64,000 bases of DNA, taken from Gammaproteobacteria bacterium. Its GTDB lineage: Bacteria > Pseudomonadota > Gammaproteobacteria > Francisellales > CACEW01. The notes under the pieces were generated by a model. That model had not been told where the DNA came from. It worked only from the letters and a program-made list of their open reading frames with translations, and searched no databases. Positions 1-9,800 of this stretch are shown piece by piece (position 1 is the first letter of the stretch; each line of letters opens with the position of its first letter). A program made the translations under genes and the position numbers. The stretch is taken from NCBI GenBank assembly GCA_030652335.1, contig JAUSAW010000002.1:205866-269865 (forward strand), written 5' to 3'.

Positions 1-199
1 CCCCAAGATCAGCCAGTATCTGAATATTAGGAATATCGTTCACTAAAGCATGAGGTGGAGAGTAAGGGCCTATAATCAATCCCGCTACAAGATATCCTAA
101 CACCACGGGCTGGCGAATTCGTTGGAAAAGTAAGGTTACTAAACCGGCGACTAATAAAACAATCGCTAAATCCTTAATAATAGGGGCTAATTCATGCAT
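1..199 (-). CDS. Cation:proton antiporter (CPA2 / Kef-type), N-terminal fragment running off the window
   Basis: Not in the ORF track because it has no stop in the window. Reverse-strand translation from the ATG at 199 gives MHELAPIIKDLAIVLLVAGLVTLLFQRIRQPVVLGYLVAGLIIGPYSPPHALVNDIPNIQILADLG. This is a hydrophobic N-terminus with the LGYLxAGxxxGP signature seen in KefB/KefC/YbaL-type exchangers. Confidence 0.6.
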   Translation of the reverse strand, partial: MHELAPIIKDLAIVLLVAGLVTLLFQRIRQPVVLGYLVAGLIIGPYSPPHALVNDIPNIQILADLG

Positions 200-379
200 A
201 GATTTTTAAGCTGCCAAAAATGAATAGACTACTTAGCAATTTAGTTGATTGCTGTGGGCTTGTCTAGCGCGGATCTTATTCAAAACACTAATGAAAGTAA
301 TTTTAATTGAGAGTATATTCATCACTAGCTGAACTAGTCCATCAAAATTCTATCATGAATCTCCAGTCAATCTTTATAA

Positions 380-413
380 AGATCCTTGAAGATCTAAAAG
401 ATTCTTGTATAAT
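380..413 (+). promoter_or_regulatory. Putative higBA promoter: inverted repeat AGATC-N6-GATCT (380-395) followed by an extended -10 TGTATAAT (406-413)
   Basis: Read directly from the sequence. The palindrome sits just upstream of a near-consensus extended -10, about 20 nt before the toxin ATG. This is the layout expected for an antitoxin-autoregulated TA promoter. Confidence 0.3.
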
Positions 414-433
414 ACGTTTTCGGGGCGTACCAA

Positions 434-712
434 ATGATCGAAATAATCATCTCTGATAAAGCAAAAAAAGATTTGAAGAAAATACCTGGTGAAATTGAGC
501 TAAAGCTATATACATGGGTCGATGATGCCAAAGAAAATGGTATGGCATATGTAAGAACAATAAATGGTTATAACGACAAGCCACTTTTTGGGAAAAGGAA
601 AGGTCAGCGCTCTATTAGACTTAACTACGCTTATAGGGCTTTTTATATCGAAACTTCTGAGGGTGAAATTGAAATAGTAACAATAATTGAGGTAAATAAA
701 CATGACTACTAA
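434..712 (+). CDS. Type II toxin, RelE/ParE superfamily (HigB-like; the toxin is encoded first)
   Basis: 92-aa basic protein. It overlaps the downstream HTH gene by 11 nt. Size, the IEIVTIIEVNKH C-terminal strand and the toxin-then-XRE-antitoxin order match HigB/HigA-type modules. Confidence 0.6.
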   Translation: MIEIIISDKAKKDLKKIPGEIELKLYTWVDDAKENGMAYVRTINGYNDKPLFGKRKGQRSIRLNYAYRAFYIETSEGEIEIVTIIEVNKHDY

Positions 713-1016
713 TGCATTGGAATACTTTGAAAAAAAACTTGGGAAACTTACATTTGGAAAAATGTTATGGTCATTGCGTAAATGTGATGAAATTTCGCAA
801 ACAGAATTCGCTAAAAAATTAGGCGTTTCAAAACAATACCTTTGTGATATCGAAAAAGAAAGAACGGGTGTAAGTGTAGAAAAAGCTCAAGAAATGGCTA
901 AAACTCTTGGTTATTCTGAAAAGCAATTTATAAGACTTGCATTGCAGGATCAGCTAACCCACGCCGGAATTAAGTTTGAAATTCATCTTGAAGAACCATA
1001 CAAGAACGCAGCGTGA
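702..1016 (+). CDS. XRE-family helix-turn-helix antitoxin (HigA-like)
   Basis: Contains the classic Cro/C1 HTH: ISQTEFAKKLGVSKQYLCDIEKERTGVSVEKAQEMAKTLG. It is translationally coupled to the upstream toxin. Confidence 0.65.
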   Translation: MTTNALEYFEKKLGKLTFGKMLWSLRKCDEISQTEFAKKLGVSKQYLCDIEKERTGVSVEKAQEMAKTLGYSEKQFIRLALQDQLTHAGIKFEIHLEEPYKNAA

Positions 1017-1028
1017 AGCCTTCAAAAA

Positions 1029-1634
1029 ATGAATATACAAGCCATTGACGCCCTATTGCCACAAACACAGTGTACTCGATGTGGCTTTCCCGACTGCTTA
1101 GCCTATGCCAAGGCTATCAGCACCGGCACGCCTCATAATCAATGCCCGCCTGGTGGAACTCGCGTAATTGCCGAGCTGTCGCAATTACTAAACCGCCCTA
1201 TTTTAACCTTGAACCCTAGCAATGGAGTCGAGGCCCAAAAAATGTTGGCCTTTATCCGTGAAGAAGAATGTATCGGATGCACCAAGTGTATTCAGGCCTG
1301 CCCAGTCGATGCCATAATCGGTGCGGCTAAACAGATGCACACCGTTATAACGGATGAATGCACGGGCTGTATGTTATGCGTCGAGCCCTGTCCGGTCGAT
1401 TGTATCGATTTAACCGAAACCAAACCCGACGCCTTAGATAAGGCTGATCACTATCGCCAGCGCCATTATGCTAGGCTTGAGCGTTTGGAAGGCTTAGAAT
1501 TAGTCAGCAAAACCAAACATCAAGCCTTAAAAAAAGCGTCCGCTCCTACTGTTGATAATTCTGCCGAAGCCAAGAAAGCCTATATTGCCGAGGCCTTACT
1601 TCGCGCCAAGGCTAAGCGTAACCCTCATGAATAA
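1029..1634 (+). CDS. rnfB: RnfB/RsxB-like ferredoxin (soluble form; N-terminal Cys cluster plus two 4Fe-4S motifs)
   Basis: Motifs CTRCGFPDC...[17 protein letters not shown] and [12 protein letters not shown]. It lies immediately upstream of nth, like the last genes of the rsx/rnf-nth operon. No other rnf genes are present here. Confidence 0.7.
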   Translation: MNIQAIDALLPQTQCTRCGFPDCLAYAKAISTGTPHNQCPPGGTRVIAELSQLLNRPILTLNPSNGVEAQKMLAFIREEECIGCTKCIQACPVDAIIGAAKQMHTVITDECTGCMLCVEPCPVDCIDLTETKPDALDKADHYRQRHYARLERLEGLELVSKTKHQALKKASAPTVDNSAEAKKAYIAEALLRAKAKRNPHE

Positions 1635-2268
1635 AGCAAAAATAAAAGAAATCTTTGATCGGTTTTATGCTGCCAGCCCTGAGCCCACTACCGAGCTTGA
1701 ATATGCCAACCCCTTTGAATTGCTGATTGCGGTCATTTTATCAGCCCAGGCGACCGATATTAGCGTTAATAAAGCGACTCGCGAACTCTATAAATATGCC
1801 AACACCCCTGAAAGCATCTATGCGCTTGGCCTGGACCGGTTAAAACTGGCCATTAAAAATATCGGGCTTTATAATACCAAAGCTAAAAACGTAATTGCAA
1901 CCTGCAAAATTTTAATCGAGCAACACCATTCAGAAGTGCCGCATACTCGAGAGGCCTTAGAAGCCTTGCCTGGGGTCGGTCGCAAAACCGCCAATGTAAT
2001 TTTAAATACCGCTTTTGGTGAAGCGACCATCGCCGTCGATACGCATATTTTTAGGGTAGCCAATCGCACTGGCATAGCGCCTGGTAAAAACGTAGTCATC
2101 GTCGAACAGAAACTGCTAAAGGCCGTGCCTACAAAATATCTGCGCGATGCACATCATTGGTTAGTCTTACATGGACGCTATGTTTGTATAGCGAGAAAGC
2201 CAAAATGCCCAAGCTGCCTTATTAAAGATCTCTGTGAATACCCCTTAAAAACCGAAGGCCAAGCTTAA
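1627..2268 (+). CDS. nth: Endonuclease III
   Basis: HhH-GPD region [14 protein letters not shown] and the C-terminal FeS cluster CxxxxxxCxxCxxxxxC ([17 protein letters not shown]). I chose the start at the ATG at 1627 ([13 protein letters not shown]), which overlaps the rnfB stop. The track ORF start at 1552 is an in-frame upstream extension inside rnfB. Confidence 0.9.
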   Translation: MNKAKIKEIFDRFYAASPEPTTELEYANPFELLIAVILSAQATDISVNKATRELYKYANTPESIYALGLDRLKLAIKNIGLYNTKAKNVIATCKILIEQHHSEVPHTREALEALPGVGRKTANVILNTAFGEATIAVDTHIFRVANRTGIAPGKNVVIVEQKLLKAVPTKYLRDAHHWLVLHGRYVCIARKPKCPSCLIKDLCEYPLKTEGQA

Positions 2269-2693
2269 TGTTTTCAGATAACCGCGAACAATTACGAAAT
2301 TTTTATTTCGAAACCTGGAAAAAAGCCCGGCAAGGCTTGCCGCTATCTGCGCTAGAGCAACAAATTACTGGCGTTATTGCCGATCACCCCGAATACCATG
2401 CCTATCTTAACAATGAGCACTCCCTGGAAGCTGAGTTCCCACCGGAACTAGGCCAGACCAATCCTTTTTTACATATGGGCCTGCATTTAGGCATTCGCGA
2501 ACAAGTGCAAACCGACCGCCCCGCCGGGATTGTAAGCGTGTATCAGAAGCTTATAAAAAAGCATAGCCCGCTTGAGGCCGAGCATCTTATGATGGAGCAT
2601 TTAGTCGAATCCATCTGGCAAGCACAACGTAATGGCAGCATGCCTGATGAACAGGCTTATTTAGCCAAATTACTGCTCTTGATAAAGCCTTAA
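2268..2693 (+). CDS. Conserved hypothetical protein (DUF1841-like)
   Basis: 141 aa with an N-terminus (REQLRNFYFETWKKARQGLPLSALEQQI..IADHPEYH) that I recall as characteristic of the DUF1841 family. Its ATG overlaps the nth stop. Confidence 0.5.
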   Translation: MFSDNREQLRNFYFETWKKARQGLPLSALEQQITGVIADHPEYHAYLNNEHSLEAEFPPELGQTNPFLHMGLHLGIREQVQTDRPAGIVSVYQKLIKKHSPLEAEHLMMEHLVESIWQAQRNGSMPDEQAYLAKLLLLIKP

Positions 2694-2795
2694 TCGCCCC
2701 CATATAATGTTTGAAAGCCCTGAAACCCAGGATGACAATATAAGATAGCTAACGTATAATTACTTTCGATATAATTTATAACATTAGGAGCCGAA

Positions 2796-3473
2796 ATGGA
2801 TATTAATCAATCTGGAACTATCGAGCGCAGCAGTCAGTCGGCTTTAGCGACTAACACGGTATTGCGCAACACTTATTTACTTTTATCGTTAACGCTATTA
2901 TTTAGCGCTGCCACCGCTGGCCTATCCATGTTTTATAATGCCAGCTTTGTGAATATTTGGATGGCCCTTATCGTATTTCTCGGCTTTCCCTTTGTACTTA
3001 ATATGGTTAGAGATAGCCCCTTAGCCTTGGTATTAACATTTGTTTATACTGGATTTGTAGGCTGGTATATTGGACCTATCTTAAATTTGTATATCAAAGA
3101 ATTTAGCAATGGTAGTGAGTTAATTATGACGGCATTAGGCTCAACTGGCCTAATCTTCTTAATTCTATCGGCAATTAGCATGAATACTAAACGCGACTAT
3201 AGCAGCTGGGGCAAATTCTTGGCTATTGGCGTAATCGTGGGCATCGTTGCCATGATCACTAATATATTCTTAAAAATGCCGATGCTACAGTTAGGTATGT
3301 CGGTAATATTTGCGTTTATTTCCGGCGGGTATATTATGTATCAAACCAATATGATCGTACGCGGCGGTGAAACCAATTATGTTATCGCTACTGTCGTATT
3401 GTATGTCTCCTTAATTAATATCTTTTTAACCTTGCTACAAATCCTAGGAATGTTTAGCGGTAATCGTCGCTAA
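2796..3473 (+). CDS. Bax inhibitor-1 / YccA family inner-membrane protein
   Basis: 225 aa with about 7 hydrophobic segments. The N-terminal TNTVLRNTYLLLSLTLLFSA and the overall layout are typical of the BI-1/YccA family. Confidence 0.8.
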   Translation: MDINQSGTIERSSQSALATNTVLRNTYLLLSLTLLFSAATAGLSMFYNASFVNIWMALIVFLGFPFVLNMVRDSPLALVLTFVYTGFVGWYIGPILNLYIKEFSNGSELIMTALGSTGLIFLILSAISMNTKRDYSSWGKFLAIGVIVGIVAMITNIFLKMPMLQLGMSVIFAFISGGYIMYQTNMIVRGGETNYVIATVVLYVSLINIFLTLLQILGMFSGNRR

Positions 3474-3488
3474 ATTTTTCTCTCTCAT

Positions 3489-3518
3489 AAAAAAGCCCGC
3501 ATAATCGCGGGCTTTTTT
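3489..3518. terminator. Bidirectional rho-independent terminator between the yccA-like gene (+) and ald (-)
   Basis: aaaaaGCCCGCataatcGCGGGCtttttt: a GC stem flanked by an A-run and a T-run. Confidence 0.7.
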
Positions 3519-3538
3519 ATGGGTCTACTTAAGCTATA

Positions 3539-4660
3539 TTAGCCGTTTAACAGCTCTTGCTCAGCAGAGTAATACTGTTTAGTCAGGGCATCGGCTACGG
3601 CACGACAGGTCACTTTACCGCAATAGACATTTAAGCCTTTTAGTAAATGCTCATCGTTAAGTAAAGCTACCTTGTAACCCTGGTTAGCCAGTTTAACTAC
3701 AAATGGCAGGGTGGCATTATTTAAGGCCAATGATGATGTTCTAGCTACTCCACCTGGCATATTCACTACGCAGTAATGTATGACATCATCGACTACATAG
3801 GTAGGCTCTGCGTGAGTAGTAGGTTTACTCGTATCAGCACAGCCGCCTTGATCGATGGCTATATCGACTATTACCGAACCCTTGCGCATATGTTGCAGCA
3901 TTTCACGACGAACTAATTTAGGTGCGGCCGCGCCTGGCACTAATACGGCACAGATGACTAAATCAGCATGCGTTAAGTAATATTCCAAAGCGTCTTTGGT
4001 CGCATAAACGGTGGTTAAAGAGGCGCCAAATAAATCATCCAGTTCTTTCAAGCGATTAATCGATTGATCGAGCACGGTTACATGAGCGCCCATACCTACG
4101 GCTACTTTAATAGCATTGGTTCCTGATACTCCACCACCGATAACGACCACATCAGCAGGTGGCACACCTGGTACCCCGCCTAGCAATACACCGCGTCCGC
4201 CCTGCGCTTTTTCTAAGTAATGCGCACCGACTTGAATAGACATTCTACCGGCCACTTCACTCATAGGTGCCAATAATGGCAAGCGATTAAATTTATCGGT
4301 AACGGTTTCATAAGCGATAGCGATACAACCTGATTTCAGCAATAGATCGGTCTGTTGTAAATCGGGCGCTAAGTGCAAGTAGGCAAATATAACCTGGCCT
4401 TCACGCAACATGAGACATTCTTCATGCAGAGGTTCTTTGACTTTAACGATCATATCGGCTCGGCCGTATACTTCAGAGGCGGTAGCGACGATATCGGCCC
4501 CGACTGATATATAATCCTGGTCGCTAAATCCAGCGCCATCTCCGGCGCTCGTTTCGATTATGACTGAATGCCCGTGAAAAATTAACTCTCGAACACTGCC
4601 TGGAGTCAGTCCAACACGATACTCATGATTCTTAATTTCCTTTGGTACACCGATTAACAT
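3539..4660 (-). CDS. ald: Alanine dehydrogenase
   Basis: MLIGVPKEIKNHEYRVGLTP N-terminus and the NAD-binding VVVIGGGVSGTNA. Length 373 aa. Confidence 0.9.
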   Translation of the reverse strand: MLIGVPKEIKNHEYRVGLTPGSVRELIFHGHSVIIETSAGDGAGFSDQDYISVGADIVATASEVYGRADMIVKVKEPLHEECLMLREGQVIFAYLHLAPDLQQTDLLLKSGCIAIAYETVTDKFNRLPLLAPMSEVAGRMSIQVGAHYLEKAQGGRGVLLGGVPGVPPADVVVIGGGVSGTNAIKVAVGMGAHVTVLDQSINRLKELDDLFGASLTTVYATKDALEYYLTHADLVICAVLVPGAAAPKLVRREMLQHMRKGSVIVDIAIDQGGCADTSKPTTHAEPTYVVDDVIHYCVVNMPGGVARTSSLALNNATLPFVVKLANQGYKVALLNDEHLLKGLNVYCGKVTCRAVADALTKQYYSAEQELLNG

Positions 4661-4668
4661 AATTACTC

Positions 4669-6129
4669 CTAGAGGTATGGCGAAAACAATTTAAATATCG
4701 AGTTACGCAATTTAATACCGAATGCTTGTGATTGCAACCATTCGCTGGTAATTACATGAGAACTAAACTTAATTTTATCGAAATACAGGTTTAACTGGTC
4801 GGTAAAGGCTTGATTGTACACCTCAAGATTAAACTCGAAATTAAGATAAAAACTACGCGTATCGAGATTGGAGGAGCCGATAATCGCACAAGCCTCATCG
4901 ACCATAAATAATTTAGTATGCGCAAAGATTCCTGGACGGTAATAAAAATGCACGCCCTGAGCCAATAGACCTGGCATCATGGCTTCGCTCGCCCCTTTTA
5001 CAAAGGAAAGATTGTTCGCCTCAGGCAAGATTATTTCTACGTTAACGCCTCGTAAAGCCGCGGCTCCAAGAGCCGAAGATAAGGGGTAACCCAATATAAG
5101 ATAAGGAGTCATAATCCGAATGCGAGTAGTCGCGCCATTGACCGCGGCGCAAAGCATCACTTGAAGCTGAGGAAATTCATGATAAGGCCCGGCATCGATG
5201 CCTCGGCATAAAATACTACCCTGCTCGGTGTCGTCATAATAGACGATCTTTTTCGGCTGCTGCTTAGTGCTGAAATACCAGTAACGTAAAAACACATCCT
5301 GTAGTTGGCCGATTATGGGGCCATTAACCTGAAAATGCATGTCGTGAATAAGTGGATCACCGCTAGGATTATAATTGCTGTCGTGAATATTCATGCCGCC
5401 GGTAAACCCTACCTTACCATCGACTACCAAAATTTTGGCATGACAGCGAAGATTAAGATGCAGGGCATAATACCAGCTACGAAATGGCGGCAGGAATAAG
5501 CTAACCGGCACTTTTTTGCGCCTTAGGCGATAATAGGAAGAAGGCCAGGAATACATAACCCCGACTCCGTCGATTAATACCTTAACCTCTACTCCACGAT
5601 TATGGGCCGCGGCCAAGGCATCGATAAAAGCGCTGCCTATGCCGGTTGCGCCAAAAATATAGGTTGAAAGATAGACCGATTGCTTGGCATTATTAATGGC
5701 TTCGATCATCTTGGGATAGGCTTCTGTGCCATCCAATAATACCGATAATGCGTTTCCTGGCGATAATCGAAGCTTTAATACTTCATTGCCGGTTTTAATT
5801 AAGCCGAGATAATGCTCGGGCAAACTGTAGTTTGATTCAGGCTTGGCATGGACCCTCGGGAAAGCCGCATTAGTATTATGCTGAACGTCCGATAAGCCAT
5901 AAGATTTCCATTCTAAGGCCAATGACTTAATTCGGTTGATACCAAACAGGCAGTATAGGATGACGCCCAGGCCCGGTAGCATAATACAGACTATGGTCCA
6001 TCCTAGAGCTGCTCTAGGATCTTTTTTAGTCATTAAGGCATGGATAGCCCCGATAATTCCGGCGATATGACCTAGGATTAATAAGGTCCAATCTAGAATA
6101 TAGTGGTAATGCTCGGGCATAGTTAACAT
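4669..6129 (-). CDS. cls: Cardiolipin synthase (PLD superfamily)
   Basis: N-terminal TM pair and two HKD motifs (LRCHAKILVVDG and FAHTKLFMVDE). Confidence 0.85.
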   Translation of the reverse strand: MLTMPEHYHYILDWTLLILGHIAGIIGAIHALMTKKDPRAALGWTIVCIMLPGLGVILYCLFGINRIKSLALEWKSYGLSDVQHNTNAAFPRVHAKPESNYSLPEHYLGLIKTGNEVLKLRLSPGNALSVLLDGTEAYPKMIEAINNAKQSVYLSTYIFGATGIGSAFIDALAAAHNRGVEVKVLIDGVGVMYSWPSSYYRLRRKKVPVSLFLPPFRSWYYALHLNLRCHAKILVVDGKVGFTGGMNIHDSNYNPSGDPLIHDMHFQVNGPIIGQLQDVFLRYWYFSTKQQPKKIVYYDDTEQGSILCRGIDAGPYHEFPQLQVMLCAAVNGATTRIRIMTPYLILGYPLSSALGAAALRGVNVEIILPEANNLSFVKGASEAMMPGLLAQGVHFYYRPGIFAHTKLFMVDEACAIIGSSNLDTRSFYLNFEFNLEVYNQAFTDQLNLYFDKIKFSSHVITSEWLQSQAFGIKLRNSIFKLFSPYL

Positions 6130-6146
6130 GCAGTTTCCTAGACTTA

Positions 6147-6800
6147 TTAAAATATATTGGCGATGCTTCGCGCTAAAGCGGCGCTCAATTGTGGCTCCGC
6201 CTCAGCAAATTTCAGATTAACCTTATTGGCATACGACACGATTCGAGTCTGATACTGCTGCTTTTTGGCGCTATTTGAATTGATCGTAATCTGGATATCG
6301 GTCGTTACCGCATAGGTAACATTTTTAACGAAGGAATCCGCCACGATAGAGCCGATGCCGATTGCAGCACCGGCCAATATGCCAGCTTCCGATGAATGGC
6401 TTAAACCACCCACTGCCATACCTGTCAATACGCCTGTACCAGCTCCATTCACTAAAGAACGCTGAAGATTAGCATTGGTGGTAGCCCCTGCTTGCAAGAT
6501 ATTGATCTGCAACATCTCAAAGGCCTTAGCAGGATCGGTGCTAATCTGATAGCCCTTGGCCTGCAAATCGGCAATGATCTGAGGCTCGATACTTAGGGTT
6601 TGTTGGTCTGAGGTATTTTTAATCTGTAGATAGATAAGCTTTTGATTATCTGCGATCGGGTTAAGAAATATAGTTTTGCTCATTTTAGTCTGAACATTTA
6701 AATTACGATTCGATATCGACGTCGATAACGCCGCACAACCTGTCAGTGTCGCCATGGCGACTATGCTTGCAGCCCATAAGGTTTTTTTACTATGATTCAT
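6147..6800 (-). CDS. traT: TraT-like outer-membrane lipoprotein (complement-resistance / surface-exclusion family)
   Basis: Lipobox LTGC. Long colinear similarity to plasmid TraT as I recall it: RNLxVxTxMSxTIxL, LQIKNTSD, AKGYQ, YQTRxVSxANKVNLKFxEA, and the C-terminal SIANI(F/L). Confidence 0.8.
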   Translation of the reverse strand: MNHSKKTLWAASIVAMATLTGCAALSTSISNRNLNVQTKMSKTIFLNPIADNQKLIYLQIKNTSDQQTLSIEPQIIADLQAKGYQISTDPAKAFEMLQINILQAGATTNANLQRSLVNGAGTGVLTGMAVGGLSHSSEAGILAGAAIGIGSIVADSFVKNVTYAVTTDIQITINSNSAKKQQYQTRIVSYANKVNLKFAEAEPQLSAALARSIANIF

Positions 6801-6809
6801 TCTATTCTC

Positions 6810-9800
6810 CTAGTTAGATTGCCAGGTTAGTAAATATGGCAGCAAAGGGAAGTATAGCCCTAAATGTTGAACTTTATTATCCTGCAGTATTTTCCCATAG
6901 GTCTCCAGCTGATCCTGATAGACGCTCTTTTGCTCCTGTAAAAAATCCTGCAGGTCTTGACCTGGCTTAGGCTCTGAAGTTTTATAGTCTATGATCCAGC
7001 GCTTATCCTCTTTATCGATGAAGGTTCTATCGATAATATATTTTTTACAGGATAGGCCCGACTGGTAAATTAAGGCCAATTCTACCTGGGCTGAAACATG
7101 CTTGCCTAAAATCCAACGCCCCTGCTCATCCTCAAGAATTCTATTTAAGGCGAGTTGAACGCGCTTGGCCGCGGACTCACATTCCTTCTCAACCACCCCT
7201 ACTAATTTTAATTCATCGTGCCATTTAGGCAATAAGCCCTCCAGCCTATCCACTGTCCAAACTTCCAAGCCTTGCACGGCCATCTCTGCCAAGTAACGAT
7301 GCACCAAGGTGCCGATGGCGCGGGAGCTAAAATTGTCAGCCTCGAGAACTATTTCATTCCCGTCCCGTAGAGTATCGTCTTTCCCGCCACTTATTGTGTC
7401 ATTCCCGCGAAGGCGGGAATCATAGCCTAGTGGATGACATACCAGTCTAGCTAATTGAGCATGAGATGGCTTAGTGAATGGGATGTTAGTCGTAGACTCC
7501 GACTGAAAGGCTGCCGCTGAGACCGTATTCTTAAGCGATGGCCATAATAGGGCTAAAAAACTGCCTGATTTAGGCAGATAGGCCTTTTGCGATTCGCTGT
7601 AGTTGGCGCTGCCCATTAGATATAAACGTTTTTTAGCGCGAGTGACGGCCACATATAATTGGCGCTGACTCTCATAACGCTTGCGGGCTTGATTGGTCTC
7701 TTTAATAAAATCATAGATCGGTTCATCGCTCATATCTCGACTCTTAATAGGTGCCATTAAAAGACCATGACCGCCATCTGGTAGCGGATAGCTTTCCCAA
7801 AGTAGTAAGGATGCGCTATCGGGCCTTTCACCCTTGCCTAGCCCAGGGATAATAACCGTATCAAATTCCAGGCCCTTAGCTTTATGGACCGTCATAATCT
7901 GTACTGGCGCTTTTGATACCGGTGTGGTCTGAGCCTTTAAGCGCTCTAAAAATTGTTCGATACGCTCTCTTTCAGGCAAACGTCCATCAGCACTTATGTT
8001 CTCTACCATAGCGAAATAGCTTTCGGCATTGTCGATATCTACCGGATCGGTTAGACACTGCACTCCACCGAGGTTCCACCAGGTTAATTCCACCCATTGC
8101 CGCAGGCTAAAGCGATCTCGCTGTAAAATGCTCGCGGCTAGTATAGGAATAATTCTAGTTAGGCTCTGCTGGGCAGGCTCTGAAAGTGAATGGCATAAAT
8201 CAGGATCTTGAAGGGCTTGCCAAATAGGGACCCCGGCACTCACCTTAGCAATTAGGGTTAAATCCGGCAAACTTAAGCCGCACCAAGGCGCGCGTAATAC
8301 CGCCATCCAGGATAGGCGATCGCCTAGATGCGATAAAGCATAGGTTAAAGACAATAAGTCCCGGATAACCTGTCGTTCAGATATCGATTCAATATCCACC
8401 GCTTGATAATGAATGCCCGCCTGCTGTAAGGCCGGTATTATAGCCTGTAAGTGACTTCGAGATCGCGCCAAGATGGCGATATTATCTTCGGGAGCCTGCA
8501 TCAGTAAACTTTGAATTTTTTGAACCACTTGCGCCGCTTCATCTTGAGGAGTAGCGGTTGGGATAAAGGCAACCTCGGATCCCTGATATTTTCTGGTCGA
8601 TATCGAGCTTCGATAGGATACGGCGCCATTAACCATATCGTCCTGCAAGGGAAAAATATCTACGAATTGCCGATTAACCCAATCGATTACAGCGATATCA
8701 GAGCGAAAGTTTGCCGTGAGCTGAACATACTCTAATAATAGATTGCCCACCCCATAATTTTTAGCTTGTAAAAATAAACTTACATCGGCCTGGCGAAACC
8801 GATAAATAGACTGCATAGGATCGCCCACTAAAAACAGACTGCGACCATCACCAGGCTCCCAGCCTCGCGTTAAGGCTTGCAACAATTGAAATTGCAGCTG
8901 GGAGGTATCTTGAAATTCATCGATCAATAGATGGCGAATGCGATAATCCAAGCTTAAGGCCAACTCGGTAGGCTCGCCCTCGTTACCTAAGGCCTGTAAG
9001 GCGGCCAAGGATATTTCATTGAAATCGACCACCGCTTCTTTGGCAAATAACTGCTTTAATCGCTCCACCGCAATCGGCAGTATCACTAATAAGGCCTGGA
9101 CGATTTGCCATTGCTTATCTTGATAGACCACCGCTTTAACATTACTTAGTGATACCAAGGCGGACCTAAAAGATTCATAGCGTTTTGCATTAGTGGATTC
9201 AGGATCACGCAGGGCTTGCAAAAGCACATGTATGCGATCTTTAATCGCCTTGTATTCGCTTTTTTCCTGCTTCGATTCACCGGCCGGAAAGCCCTGTTTT
9301 ACATTGACAACTTTGCGCCACTCACCCGTGGAAGTGAGTAAAATCTCGGCTACCGATCGCCAGGTATCTAAGGCTTCTAATGTCGCCATAGCGTTAAGAT
9401 TAAGGTAAGTAACATTGCCGATGCGCCGCTCTTGAATGGCAAACTGTAGCAATACCAACAGTTCAGATTCGAGCTCGATGGGGAAAGCTTTGTTAAGGTT
9501 ATGCAGCATCTGGAGCGCCGCCGCTTGTAAGCTATATTCTAAAATCTCGCGCAACTGATGCTGCTGACTGGCTAGCGTTACTACATCGAGCCATTGCTCT
9601 CGACGCCTTAGCATTTCCACCATAAGATTTTCAAACCAACCGAGCTGATTATCTAAATGCCGCAGTAATTGGCTGAATTCATTATGCCATTCTGGAAGCT
9701 GCCCCCAATCTTTAAGCAAAGCGTGCACCGCCTCTTGATACAGTAAACTTAAATCTTCTTCGACCTGAGGCGGGCTGCCCAGGCTCGACACTATCGGCAT

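Noticed and set aside
1552-1626. N-terminal extensions offered by the ORF track for nth (1552), pdxJ (23968), rpsB (42766), fabZ (33235), lpxD (34283) and pyrH (40543)
   Set aside because: In each case the extension overlaps the upstream gene or leader and has implausible composition. An internal ATG with a better SD aligns with the known N-terminus of the family.
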